From the NCBI GenBank assembly GCA_041748175.1, contig JBGTDU010000152.1, positions 1,465 through 65,464 of the forward strand: DNA of 64,000 nt, written 5' to 3'. A model generated the notes under the pieces. It was given only the letters and a program-made list of their open reading frames with translations, was not told the origin of the DNA and did not search any database. Source of the stretch: Rubricoccaceae bacterium (GTDB taxonomy: Bacteria > Bacteroidota > Rhodothermia > Rhodothermales > Rubricoccaceae). Positions 55,190-64,000 of this stretch are shown piece after piece. The position numbers and the translations under genes were made by a program. How positions within the stretch are numbered: the stretch's first letter is position 1; every line of letters begins with the position of its first letter.

Positions 55190-56238
55190 CCGAGGAGATA
55201 CGGCGCCTCGACGACGTAAATCACCCCACCGCGAATAGCCACCCGGTCGGCGATCCTGCCCTTGACGCTCGGCTCGGCGTCGGCTTCCGGAAGCGCAACG
55301 ACATAGTTGAAGCCACGTTGAATCGCATAGCCGCCGAAATTTCCTTTCTCGTCGAGCGCGAGCAGTCCAGCCTGAATTTCAGCGGGGTCATTCGGCGTGA
55401 CGCGACGAATGTGCTCCACGGCTTGCTGACACGCTTCTTGCGGAGCCACCCCGCCCCGCATACGCTCGACGATGGTGTGTGCAGCCGCAGTCCGGATCAT
55501 CTCTTCGCCGTGGCCGGTCGCGGTGGCCGCGCCAATCTCGCCGTCTACATAAAGGCCCGCACCAATGATCGGGCTGTCGCCGACGCGCCCTCGGAGCTTG
55601 TACGCTAATCCGCTTGTGGTGCACGCGCCCGAAAGCCGCCCTTGCCAATCAAGTGCGATCATTCCGCACGTATCGTGGTCGTCTTCCGTCGGCATGTCGC
55701 GGCGTTCCCGGTTGATAGCCGGTCGGTGGCCGTTGGTGGCCGCCCACTCTCGCCACTCACGTTCGGATTGCTCGGTGAGCAGATTGGTCGTCTCGAATCC
55801 TTGCTCAAGTGCGAACTGCCGCGCGCCTTCGCCCACGAGAATGATATGCGGCGTCTCCTCCATCACCTTGCGCGCAACGGACACTGGATGCAGAATATCT
55901 TCGAGGGCGGCGACGGAGCCGCATCGAAAGCGCTCGTCCATCACGCAGGCGTCCAGGGTTACCCGGCCGTCGCGATCAGGGTGCCCACCGAGACCGACCG
56001 AGCGGTCATCGGGATCGGCCTCCGGGATGTGGACGCCCTGCTCGACGGCGTCCAGAGCATAGCCACCCTCAACCAGGACATTCCACGCGGCCTCAAGTGC
56101 ACCGCGATTATCCCAGGTTGCAATGGCAACGGGGCGAGTCCTGCGAATTGTGGCAGCACGCGCGCCAACTGGAAGAGCTGCGAGCGCCCCAACGGCTGCA
56201 GTACGTTTGAGGAAGTCACGGCGGGATGGGTTGGACAT
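55186..56238 (-). CDS. N4-(beta-N-acetylglucosaminyl)-L-asparaginase (glycosylasparaginase, Ntn hydrolase) with Tat signal
   Basis: Tat leader MSNPSRRDFLKRTAAVGALA. Autoprocessing/nucleophile site HDTCGMIALD. GRVGDSPIIGAGLYVD and ATATGHGEEM blocks. Confidence 0.88.
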   Translation of the reverse strand: MSNPSRRDFLKRTAAVGALAALPVGARAATIRRTRPVAIATWDNRGALEAAWNVLVEGGYALDAVEQGVHIPEADPDDRSVGLGGHPDRDGRVTLDACVMDERFRCGSVAALEDILHPVSVARKVMEETPHIILVGEGARQFALEQGFETTNLLTEQSEREWREWAATNGHRPAINRERRDMPTEDDHDTCGMIALDWQGRLSGACTTSGLAYKLRGRVGDSPIIGAGLYVDGEIGAATATGHGEEMIRTAAAHTIVERMRGGVAPQEACQQAVEHIRRVTPNDPAEIQAGLLALDEKGNFGGYAIQRGFNYVVALPEADAEPSVKGRIADRVAIRGGVIYVVEAPYLLG

Positions 56239-56397
56239 AGTGAGAAAGGTATGCGGTATGGCAATATCTGAAAAGGAAAGGCCAAAAATCTCAGATCCGT
56301 TTGAAGGATAGAGCGCTGCGCCTTCGAAGTGGAACTGCTACCGTGTAACTTCTCGGCGGCAGATCGTGCCGGTATCCTCGAATTTGGATTGGAATCA

Positions 56398-56814
56398 ATG
56401 CTTTCTATTTCAGAAAAGCAAAATCCGTTTGGCCTTCACACCATCACTCCGTATCTGGTAGCCGATGATGTCACCAGCCTGATCCACTTCCTTAAAAAGG
56501 TGTTCGATGCAGAGTTGCGAGGCGAAACAACAATCCGGGAAGACGGGAGCATTCAGCACGTCGAAATGCAGATCGGCGATTCCGTTGTGATGATGGGCGA
56601 GCCTGCCGAAGAAACCGCCCCGATGCCTGCGATGCTGTATGTTTATGTAGATGATTGTGACGCGACCTACAAAGACGCTTTGGCAGCTGGCGCAACATCC
56701 ATTCGAGAGCCAGCCGTTTATCCCCACGGCGATCGTTACGGCGGTATCAAAGATCCAACGGGGAATATCTGGTGGGTGGTTACTCACGTTGGCAAAACGG
56801 ACCGCGATGTGTAA
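56398..56814 (+). CDS. VOC (glyoxalase/bleomycin-resistance) family protein
   Basis: ITPYLVADDVTSLIHFLKKVFDAE ... HVEMQIGDSVVMMGE ... GDRYGGIKDPTGNIWWV is typical of the PhnB-like VOC family. Start at the ATG at 56398 rather than the tracked GTG at 56329. Confidence 0.8.
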   Translation: MLSISEKQNPFGLHTITPYLVADDVTSLIHFLKKVFDAELRGETTIREDGSIQHVEMQIGDSVVMMGEPAEETAPMPAMLYVYVDDCDATYKDALAAGATSIREPAVYPHGDRYGGIKDPTGNIWWVVTHVGKTDRDV

Positions 56815-56873
56815 ATCGTGGACCTGAAGAGTCGCTACCGTATCAGGCTTTTGTGATCTGATTAGATTTCGGG

Positions 56874-57785
56874 ATGCCCATTCTCGTAGCCGCCCTCTAT
56901 AAATTCGCCGCGCTTCCGGACTTCGAAGAGATTCAGCCGTCTCTTCTTGCGTGCTGCAAGGAGAACGGCGTGATGGGTACGATCCTGCTTGCCCCGGAGG
57001 GCATCAACGGAACGATCTCAGGTTCGTCGGAAGGCGTTCGGAACGTGCTCAATTTCCTGAAATCGGACGAGCGGTTGGCAGATTTGGAGCACAAAGAGTC
57101 GTTTGCGGATACGGCTCCTTTCTATCGCATGAAAGTGCGTCTCAAGCGCGAGATCGTCACCATGGGTGTGCTGGAGGTTGACCCCAATCAGACGGTCGGG
57201 ACGTACGTGGATTCCCAACAATGGAACGCCCTCATCTCCGATCCAGACGTTGTGCTCATCGACGCGCGTAATGATTACGAGGTGGCTATCGGCACGTTCA
57301 AGGGTGCCGTAGACCCGCAAACGAAGAGTTTCCGCGAACTCCCCGACTGGCTCCGTGGGCAGTTCGCCAACCGCAAGGACACGAAGGTGGCCATGTTCTG
57401 CACGGGCGGGATTCGATGCGAAAAATCGACCGCGTTCCTGAAGTCGGAAGGCTTCGACAACGTCTACCATCTCCGTGGAGGCATCCTGAAGTATCTCGAA
57501 ACGGTGCCGACGGATGAGAGCCTCTGGGAAGGCGAGTGTTTCGTGTTCGACCAGCGTGTATCCGTCAGGCACGGCCTGGAACAGGGATCCTACGATCAGT
57601 GCTTTGCCTGCCGAATGCCGATCAGCGATGAAGAGAAGGAATCGGCGATGTACGTGAAGGGAGTGAGCTGTCCGCACTGTCACGAAGCGAATTCGGAAGC
57701 CCGCAAGCAGCGTTTTGCGGATCGGCAGAAACAAATAGATCTGGCGACACAGCGCGGCGAACGGCACATCGGCGCGCGCCGCTGA
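56874..57785 (+). CDS. trhO: Rhodanese-domain protein TrhO (UPF0176/YceA family, tRNA U34 hydroxylase)
   Basis: [45 protein letters not shown]-terminal block, rhodanese CTGGIRCEK loop and C-terminal Cys-rich tail (CFACRMP...CPHCH). Confidence 0.88.
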   Translation: MPILVAALYKFAALPDFEEIQPSLLACCKENGVMGTILLAPEGINGTISGSSEGVRNVLNFLKSDERLADLEHKESFADTAPFYRMKVRLKREIVTMGVLEVDPNQTVGTYVDSQQWNALISDPDVVLIDARNDYEVAIGTFKGAVDPQTKSFRELPDWLRGQFANRKDTKVAMFCTGGIRCEKSTAFLKSEGFDNVYHLRGGILKYLETVPTDESLWEGECFVFDQRVSVRHGLEQGSYDQCFACRMPISDEEKESAMYVKGVSCPHCHEANSEARKQRFADRQKQIDLATQRGERHIGARR

Positions 57786-57839
57786 AAATATCCGCCCGTC
57801 CGGCTCGCTATCTTCAGCGCACACATTTCGCGAATCAGG

Positions 57840-58889
57840 ATGCGCGGCTTCTGGCGATCACCCCTGTTCAGGGTAACGGCATACTTCGTGCTTATCGCTG
57901 CTCTCGTAGCGATTGCGTGGGTGGCTTTTCCATTTGTCCGGCCATACATCCACGTCTCAACGGTCGGTGGGCAGGCCGTGCAGCAGTTTGAGGACGTGCT
58001 CAGCTCGCCTTCGTCGAGCGGTGTTGGGAGTACCCCACTGCTTCGTTACGCAATACTGTCCGCGCTGGCCATCCTGGCAACCCTGGTCTTTACGCCGCCC
58101 GTGGCTTGGATCTATATGGTAACCAAGCGACAGGAGGGATACGACCAGACCTTCGTGCAGGTCCTCCTCTTGCTGCCCATCGTGGTAGCCGCCGTCGTTC
58201 GGGTTGTGCAAGGCGATATCGCCCTTGCCTTTGCGCTGACCGGCATTGTAGCAGCGGTTCGGTTCAGGACCACCTTGAAGGACCTGAAGAACGCTGTTTT
58301 CGCCTTTGCTAGCATTGGCATTGGCCTGGCCTCTGGCACCGGAAACTGGATGCTTGCGGGTTTCCTTTCGCTGTTCTTTTGCCTCGTTACGTATGGGCTC
58401 TGGGTCCGCGGCGTCGGCGGCGTGCGAGAAATGCTTACGCGGGGTGCCGGGTCCATGCGCCTCGCAGAAGCTCTGGTTCCGGGCGAGGCACATCGCTCCA
58501 TTGTGGCAGGAAGTCGCGACTACGCAAAAAATCTTGAGGGCGAGGAACTGGAGCAAATATCCCAATTCGCAACGCGCGTCGTCAATTTTGTGCGAGGGGA
58601 TGCATTGAAGAGCAAGCAGAAGTTTGATACGCTTCTAATCGTGTATGCGGACGATCCTGATTTAGCTACCAGCAAGCTGGACGAGCTGCTTGATGTCTTT
58701 TCGGATCGCTACGATCTGGTCGACACGCTCCCGGGCCCTCTAAAATCGGTAGCGCTCGTCTATTTGTTACGGATAAAGGAGGATGCAGAGCTTGGTGACT
58801 TCCTTGGGATGCTTGATTTCGGCGACGAAAGCCTTTTCAAGGCGGCCGAATTAAAGCCAATCAGCGGTCTGCGCAAACAGATAACGTAG
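57840..58889 (+). CDS. DUF4956-like membrane protein with an extra C-terminal soluble region
   Basis: GIVAAVRFRTTLKDLKNAVFAFASIGIGLASGTGN resembles the DUF4956 core (IVRFRT...D..F.F..I..GLA.G). A ~160-aa C-terminal region is unassigned. Confidence 0.6.
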   Translation: MRGFWRSPLFRVTAYFVLIAALVAIAWVAFPFVRPYIHVSTVGGQAVQQFEDVLSSPSSSGVGSTPLLRYAILSALAILATLVFTPPVAWIYMVTKRQEGYDQTFVQVLLLLPIVVAAVVRVVQGDIALAFALTGIVAAVRFRTTLKDLKNAVFAFASIGIGLASGTGNWMLAGFLSLFFCLVTYGLWVRGVGGVREMLTRGAGSMRLAEALVPGEAHRSIVAGSRDYAKNLEGEELEQISQFATRVVNFVRGDALKSKQKFDTLLIVYADDPDLATSKLDELLDVFSDRYDLVDTLPGPLKSVALVYLLRIKEDAELGDFLGMLDFGDESLFKAAELKPISGLRKQIT

Positions 58890-59368
58890 TGGAGGAAGAG
58901 TCCAGATCCTCGCCTCGGGTTCATTTGCCGCCCCCGCTTATTCTAATCGTGGCCTTCCTGGCCGGGGTTGCTCTGGATGCATTGGTGTCTCTTCCATTGT
59001 TTCCCTCGGATATTGGTGTCGCGTGGTCTGTACTCCCGTGGTTACTAACTGCACTCGGAAGCGCATTGATGCTCTGGGGTCTGCTCACGTTTGTGCGCGC
59101 AAGAACGGGTGTTATTCCGTTTCGGCCGGCAACGCAACTCGTCACCCACGGCCCCTATCGCTTCAGCCGGAATCCGATGTACGCCGGGCTGTCCATTGCC
59201 TATGTCGGGTTTTCCATATGGGTCGACTCGTTCTGGCCATTGTTGATGTTACCGTTGGCGCTGTGGGTTCTCTGGAAGGTGTTTATTGAAAGAGAGGAGG
59301 CCTACCTGGCAAGCACGTTTGGCGAAGCCTACGAAGCATACCGTAGCCGCGTCCGGAGATGGTTGTGA
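58889..59368 (+). CDS. Isoprenylcysteine carboxyl methyltransferase (ICMT)/phospholipid methyltransferase family membrane protein
   Basis: HGPYRFSRNPMYAGL ... EREEAYLASTFGEAYEAYRSRVRRWL is the family signature. GTG start overlaps the upstream stop. Confidence 0.82.
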   Translation: MEEESRSSPRVHLPPPLILIVAFLAGVALDALVSLPLFPSDIGVAWSVLPWLLTALGSALMLWGLLTFVRARTGVIPFRPATQLVTHGPYRFSRNPMYAGLSIAYVGFSIWVDSFWPLLMLPLALWVLWKVFIEREEAYLASTFGEAYEAYRSRVRRWL

Positions 59369-59808
59369 GAACCTATCTCGTCGCCGGTTTGCTTCTGATA
59401 TCCGGATGTACCGCGCTTTTTTCTGCGAGTAGGGCACCCGATATACTGGACGGAACATTTGTGGACGACTACGACATCTCGTACTCGATTTCGGCAGAGC
59501 AGTGGACGCAGCATCCGCACGCGACCTACCACATCAAGAAATGGAACGAAGAGGAACTGTACCTCATCGCACAAAATGACACGAACAACCTTGGTGATCC
59601 GGGCCTCTGGACACGCATAGACTGGATGGAATTGGAAGGAATGGAACCATACGCATGGGCGTTTTGCATCAGCGCGTACGATGCGCCAACGGCTGAGGCG
59701 GCGGTGCATGTAGAAATCGCAGATCGAACCAACCCGCGAACAGGTTGCAACGGGTTTCCGTTTTCGCGGATGAAGCGCATATTTCCTGACAGCCCGGCCG
59801 GGAGGTGA
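59359..59808 (+). CDS. Hypothetical lipoprotein
   Basis: MVVRTYLVAGLLLISGC signal peptide plus lipobox. No recognised domain. Confidence 0.6.
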   Translation: MVVRTYLVAGLLLISGCTALFSASRAPDILDGTFVDDYDISYSISAEQWTQHPHATYHIKKWNEEELYLIAQNDTNNLGDPGLWTRIDWMELEGMEPYAWAFCISAYDAPTAEAAVHVEIADRTNPRTGCNGFPFSRMKRIFPDSPAGR

Positions 59809-59812
59809 TCGC

Positions 59813-60169
59813 GTGTTGACTGTCGTATACAACGACGACTGCTCGAAATGCGCGGGCGTTTCAGCGATCCTTGATCAGACGGGACTTGCGTGGGCGCGGG
59901 TGCGGTATCTCCGTGGCGAACTGACTGACGAGCTTCTCGGCGATGTGCTGGATACCTATGACGGGACCCGCACTGATCTCATCCGAACGCACGAGGCCGA
60001 GTGGATTCGTGGTGGGCTGAACATAGAGACCGTGGATCTTGTCGATTTGAAACGTTTTGTGATGGCGCACCCTATTGTCCTGCAGCGCCCAATCGTTGTT
60101 GTTGGCGGGCGCGCTGTCATTGCCCGCCCACCGGAAGTGTTGTGGGATTTCATCGACGCGGTCCGGTAA
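59813..60169 (+). CDS. ArsC/Spx-family (glutaredoxin-fold) protein
   Basis: VYNDDCSKCAGVSAILDQTG....VRYL ... HPIVLQRPIVVVGGRAVIARPPE matches the ArsC/YffB-like family pattern. Confidence 0.75.
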   Translation: MLTVVYNDDCSKCAGVSAILDQTGLAWARVRYLRGELTDELLGDVLDTYDGTRTDLIRTHEAEWIRGGLNIETVDLVDLKRFVMAHPIVLQRPIVVVGGRAVIARPPEVLWDFIDAVR

Positions 60170-60179
60170 GTTTGGGCAC

Positions 60180-60926
60180 ATGGGCCACCCTTCTCTATCC
60201 CAAATCCATCACAGGCCGTGGCCCATTCCTGACAAACCCTGGCGCTGGTCGCAGACCTGGAGCCACCTGCTCTTTGCGCACTGGCGGATTCCCGCGAAGG
60301 CGCTCAGGCCGCTGATCCCCGCAGGACTGACGCTGCAGGAATTCGACGGCTCGGCATGGATTGGCGTCGTTCCGTTTTTGCTGGATGTCCGGCCGCGGTT
60401 CGTCCCGCCGCTGCCCCGGATCTCCCGCTTCCCCGAGATCAATGTGCGGACGTACGTGGAGGTCGATGGCAAGCCCGGCGTGTGGTTCTTCAGTCTGGAT
60501 GCCCATAACCCGCTGGCGGTGCGGGCGGCTCGCAGATTTTTCCATCTTCCCTACTTTCGCGCTCAGATGGAAATCGAGCTGCCTGGAGAATCCGTACGCT
60601 ACTCAACGCGGAGAACTGACGGAATCCACGCGCCGGAATTTGTGGCTGAGTACGCACCAGTCTCGGACGTGTATCTGGCCGATTCTGGATCGCTTGAGCA
60701 TTGGCTCACGGAACGGTACTGCCTGTATGCGGAGGATCCGAAGGGCGCGCTCTATCGCGCCGAGGTCCATCACCCGCCGTGGCCACTTCAAGTTGCAGAG
60801 GCGGACATCCTCTCAAACACCATGCTGGAACCGCTTGGCCTGAGCATCCCGTTCGAGCCTCCGTTGCTTCATTTCGCCCGGCGGCTGGGGGTGACTGTCT
60901 GGGGTTTGGAGCGCCTCACCGTGTAG
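60180..60926 (+). CDS. DUF2071 (YqjF-like) family protein
   Basis: Start at the ATG at 60180. WSHLLFAHWRIPAKALRPLIPAGLTLQEFDGSAWIGVVPFLLDVRPRF is the characteristic DUF2071 N-terminal block. Confidence 0.78.
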   Translation: MGHPSLSQIHHRPWPIPDKPWRWSQTWSHLLFAHWRIPAKALRPLIPAGLTLQEFDGSAWIGVVPFLLDVRPRFVPPLPRISRFPEINVRTYVEVDGKPGVWFFSLDAHNPLAVRAARRFFHLPYFRAQMEIELPGESVRYSTRRTDGIHAPEFVAEYAPVSDVYLADSGSLEHWLTERYCLYAEDPKGALYRAEVHHPPWPLQVAEADILSNTMLEPLGLSIPFEPPLLHFARRLGVTVWGLERLTV

Positions 60927-61356
60927 AAACGGTTTGGCCGCAACCGGGGGTACAAGCGGTCGTAGGGCTAATCAACCTCACCATCGCTCCGCCTTGATGC
61001 CGATCAATCGGTGGCAGGTGGGCGAATCAGAGTTCTGGCGATGTCGTGATCATCAGTACAGGACCTGACGAATAGCGGATGGATCACGCGGATGCTTCTG
61101 TCGTGATGCAACATCGCCAACGGGATGCGACTATGCTCAACCAAGGTTCAGGCAACGGGTATTCAGGAGGTTGTCCGATTGCGGAGGTCGAGTTCGTGCG
61201 CACGGAAGTTGGAGAAGTTGTAGGCTTCGAAGCGGGAAGCGCGCACGCGGCATCTGGTTCGAAAGGATGAATCGAATGGATCGCGCGCCAAAATTCATCT
61301 CGTAGAAGTGCCGGGCGGTAAGTTCCGCCATCGCAGTAGATCCCAGTGGTTGCCAA

Positions 61357-62484
61357 TTGGCCTCCTCACCCACATCCGAATCGCATCCTGACGCGGCATC
61401 TCTCGTGGCTGAGCCACCAGCAGATGATGCTGTGCAGCCGCTCGCTGAGCGAAAGGTCTCGATCAGCAACATCCTGTGGCCGCTCTTGCTAAGCGTGGCG
61501 GTTTTGGCGGTCATCAGCTACTACACGTTCGACCTCAGCACGTTCGGAGAGCTCCTTGGCGAGTTGAATCCCTGGCTCTTGCTTGCTGCCGTCGGTACGG
61601 TATTTACGCGTATATACTTCGGTGGTTGGAGGCTCAACTATTTCTCGGGGGGCCAACTGACCGTCAGAGACGGAATACGCAGCCAGATGGCGTGGGACTT
61701 CTTCTCCTACGTTACACCGTCCACCATCGGTGGTGGCCCGTTTGCCGCGGTCTTTGTTGCTAAAGATCGAGGGATCCCGCTCGGTGAGGCGACCTCCATC
61801 TTCATTTTCTCGATGCTGATGGACCAGTTCTGGGCAGCCTTTCTCATGCCCACGATGGTGATTCTTGCCCTGTACCTGGACATCTTTCCCGAGACCATGG
61901 GTACAGTCGGCTACGCGTCCATGCTAGCGGCGTTTGTGGCGTTCCTGGCATGGGTTTCCATTCTGGCTTACAGCACGCTGATCAACCCCAGGTTTCTGGC
62001 TGCGATGGTTGGGGCCGTATTCAAGATCAAGTGGATCCGGCGGTATCGGACACGAGCGCTACGCGTGTTGGGTGAAATGAAGGACCGCGCGGAGATTCTT
62101 CGCTCGCAGTCGGTCATGTATTATGTGAAGGGTTTCGCTATTTCTCTGGTTCCCTGGATCAGCCGATATCTCCTCCCCGTCTTCCTGATCTGGAGCGTGT
62201 ATCCTGCATTGGATAAACTCCTGGTGTTTCTGCGAGCTGCGGCGCTACAACTCGCAGCGCTCTTCCTGCCCACCCCCGGCGGAGCGGGCGCGATGGAGGG
62301 GCTCTATCTCCTCTTCTTTGGGCCACCGATTATGCCTCAACCAGCTGTGGCGCCTACGCTGCTGGCCTGGCGGCTCCTCAGCTACTACCTCTTCATTTTC
62401 GTCGGGGTGTACATTGCAATCCAATACGTCCAGAGAAGGGTCTCCAGCCCAGTCGTCGCGACAAATGGTGCCGGTGCCGCGTGA
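61357..62484 (+). CDS. Flippase-like membrane protein (lysylphosphatidylglycerol-synthase TM-region family, UPF0104)
   Basis: About 8 TM segments with a conserved ...LPTPGGAGAMEG... block near the C-terminus. TTG start as tracked; the true start is uncertain. Confidence 0.72.
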   Translation: MASSPTSESHPDAASLVAEPPADDAVQPLAERKVSISNILWPLLLSVAVLAVISYYTFDLSTFGELLGELNPWLLLAAVGTVFTRIYFGGWRLNYFSGGQLTVRDGIRSQMAWDFFSYVTPSTIGGGPFAAVFVAKDRGIPLGEATSIFIFSMLMDQFWAAFLMPTMVILALYLDIFPETMGTVGYASMLAAFVAFLAWVSILAYSTLINPRFLAAMVGAVFKIKWIRRYRTRALRVLGEMKDRAEILRSQSVMYYVKGFAISLVPWISRYLLPVFLIWSVYPALDKLLVFLRAAALQLAALFLPTPGGAGAMEGLYLLFFGPPIMPQPAVAPTLLAWRLLSYYLFIFVGVYIAIQYVQRRVSSPVVATNGAGAA

Positions 62485-62594
62485 CCTTTGAAGCTCTGTT
62501 CAAGGCTTGTACAGTCGCGGCCAAATACCCAGGTGCGAGGCAACCGGAGGATCGTGCGAGTTACCTTTGTCGAATCGATTCTCAGGAAGGCCAA

Positions 62595-63521
62595 ATGGCT
62601 GGCGATCCAACGCAGGTAAAACGGACGAGGGAAATAGAGGAGTTCACGAACCTCTACTTCATCCACCCCATCAGCCGGGCGCTGGTGACCGTTTTCGCGA
62701 AACTGGGCGTCCATCCCAATGTGGTTTCGCTTGGAGGGATCCTCTTCGGTGCCTTTGCTGCGGTGGCCTATTTCCACTACGACCGGTGGGAGATGGCGTT
62801 GGCGGGCTTTCTGTTGATGATTGGCTGGCATGTGATGGATGGCGCTGACGGCCAGCTGGCACGCCTGACGGGCAAGACTTCCGAGATGGGCAAGGCGCTG
62901 GATGGCCTGGTAGACCACCTCTCGTTTGCTATGGTTTATGTCGGGTTGGCGGTAGCGTCAGCGCTCATATTCGGCAACTGGATCTGGTGGTTAGCTGTTG
63001 CCGCAGGGATCAGCCATGTCGTGCAGGCGAGCACGTACGAGTTTCAGCGGCAAATGTATGATTACTGGGCCATGGGCAAAGAATCTGCCCGCCCGGTAAT
63101 GCCCGAGGAGTTTCGCGCCGGGATGAGGAGCAAGGGCGGACTTGGCGGGTTCCTCAACGCCACGCTTCTCGCGTACCTTCGTATTCAACACCGCGTTACA
63201 GGTGCCGACCCGCGGCTCGTCGCTCGTCTCGAAGGCATGAAGGAAGCAGGCGACGGCGCGGAGGTGAACGAAGCCTTTGCCAGCGCAAACCTTGGCGCGG
63301 TTAAGGCCTGGTCGCTCCTCTGCTCGAACTATCGAACCGTTGCCATCTTTGTAGCGTGCATCGCCGCGAACCCTCTCTACTTTTTTCTCTTCGAGATTAT
63401 CGTGCTGAACATTGCGCTCGTTCTGCTTCGACTCATGCAAGCTCGCCGCAACGAGCAGCTTTTTGCTCGGTTGATACAGGGCAATTCACTTTGCTCGCAG
63501 GACGCCGTCGCGATGGTCTAG
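62595..63521 (+). CDS. CDP-alcohol phosphatidyltransferase family protein
   Basis: Exact family motif D-x2-D-G-x2-A-R-x8-G-x3-D-x3-D in MDGADGQLARLTGKTSEMGKALDGLVDH. Start at the ATG at 62595; the tracked GTG at 62481 (GTGA overlap with the upstream stop) is the alternative. Confidence 0.85.
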   Translation: MAGDPTQVKRTREIEEFTNLYFIHPISRALVTVFAKLGVHPNVVSLGGILFGAFAAVAYFHYDRWEMALAGFLLMIGWHVMDGADGQLARLTGKTSEMGKALDGLVDHLSFAMVYVGLAVASALIFGNWIWWLAVAAGISHVVQASTYEFQRQMYDYWAMGKESARPVMPEEFRAGMRSKGGLGGFLNATLLAYLRIQHRVTGADPRLVARLEGMKEAGDGAEVNEAFASANLGAVKAWSLLCSNYRTVAIFVACIAANPLYFFLFEIIVLNIALVLLRLMQARRNEQLFARLIQGNSLCSQDAVAMV

Positions 63522-63549
63522 CACGGCGTCCGTTCCTTGCCCGAACAAA

Positions 63550-64000
63550 ATGGGCAACCTCTTTTCCAACTTCGATCCTGATCCCATGGCTGTTTCTCCA
63601 CACGAGGGCAAACTGCTTGTTCTTACGCCCGGCCTTGGTGCCGTGGCTACCACCTTCATCGCAGGCGTCGAGCGTATTCGGAATCACGGCGCCAAGCCGA
63701 TCGGCTCGCTGACGCAGATGCAGACGATTCGCCTCGGCCAGCGCTCCGAAAACAGGAGCCCGCTCATCCGTGACTTCTGCGACTTGGCACCACTTCAGGA
63801 CATAGAGTTTGGTGGCTGGGATGTTTACGACGCGGACGCTTTCGACGCAGCTTCGCGCGCCTCAGTCCTAAGCGAGAAGGATCTCGCCCCCATTGAGGGC
63901 TTCATGCGAACGATCAAGCCAATGTCGGCGGCGTTCGACAAGGCGTACGTCAAGAACCTCGACGGCCCGAACGTGAAGCAGGGCGCGACAAAGATGGACC
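63550..64000 (+). CDS. myo-Inositol-1-phosphate synthase (inositol-3-phosphate synthase), 3' end outside the window
   Basis: Not in the ORF track because it has no stop. Hand translation from the ATG at 63550 gives MGNLFSNFDPDPMAVSPHEGKLLVLTPGLGAVATTFIAGVERIRNHGAKPIGSLTQMQTIRLGQRSE...IEFGGWDVYDADAFDAA.... The LGAVATTFIAG / PIGSLTQM / FGGWD blocks are typical of bacterial/archaeal MIPS. Confidence 0.8.
   Translation, partial: MGNLFSNFDPDPMAVSPHEGKLLVLTPGLGAVATTFIAGVERIRNHGAKPIGSLTQMQTIRLGQRSENRSPLIRDFCDLAPLQDIEFGGWDVYDADAFDAASRASVLSEKDLAPIEGFMRTIKPMSAAFDKAYVKNLDGPNVKQGATKMD

Overview
This is a high-GC bacterial chromosomal window. Its gene content points to the Bacteroidota/Rhodothermota (FCB) lineage: a T9SS C-terminal sorting domain, a Bacteroidetes-type sdhCAB operon, a beta-propeller/Y_Y_Y sensor kinase, and GH92/GH2 glycan genes. 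I can support about 60 protein-coding genes. By hand scan I saw no rRNA, tRNA, CRISPR array, transposase or integrase. Start codons were chosen by hand from the ORF track (signal peptides, family-typical N-termini, avoiding overlaps).

Content from left to right:
- Acyl-CoA carboxyltransferase (5' partial) and an MltD-like lytic transglycosylase.
- MBL hydrolase, AI-2E transporter and a cNMP-binding protein.
- A receiver-adenylate cyclase plus beta-propeller histidine kinase operon, then a second lytic transglycosylase.
- A T9SS cargo protein with an internal 774-nt tandem duplication.
- Two different complex II operons placed head-to-head (sdhCAB, and an anchor-flavoprotein-FeS set resembling actinobacterial Sdh1).
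- A small accessory patch: XRE regulator, lipoprotein, DUF2442, and a DUF4160 gene broken by a stop codon.
- Citrate synthase and an RNase E/G with a large disordered insertion.
- aroQ, murJ, a polysaccharide deacetylase and ldcA.
- A cNMP/CBS/DUF294 protein.
- A mosaic, lower-GC islet at about 38.1-40.9 kb, followed by clpB.
- A CHASE3 kinase and an ABC-F ATPase.
- An N-glycan-type degradation operon: glycosylasparaginase, cutC, GH2 beta-mannosidase, a 2Fe-2S ferredoxin-like gene, GH92 and a rof-like gene.
- Miscellaneous small genes, then an inositol-lipid-type cluster that runs off the right edge.

The best candidate for something new is the islet next to clpB. A diverged 144-nt direct repeat of the clpB 3' end brackets a MNT-HEPN toxin-antitoxin pair. 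Immediately downstream on the same strand lies a visibly AT-richer orphan 302-aa ORF with a nuclease-like motif and no family I recognise.

Other items worth a second look:
- A REP/MITE-like repeat family (GTCATCCTGAG...GAAGGATCT).
- A DUF294 protein whose catalytic DxD reads HxH.
- The split S1 domain of RNase E/G.
- The dual complex II arrangement with a co-transcribed unknown gene.

All homology statements come from motif recognition by eye. No database search was run.
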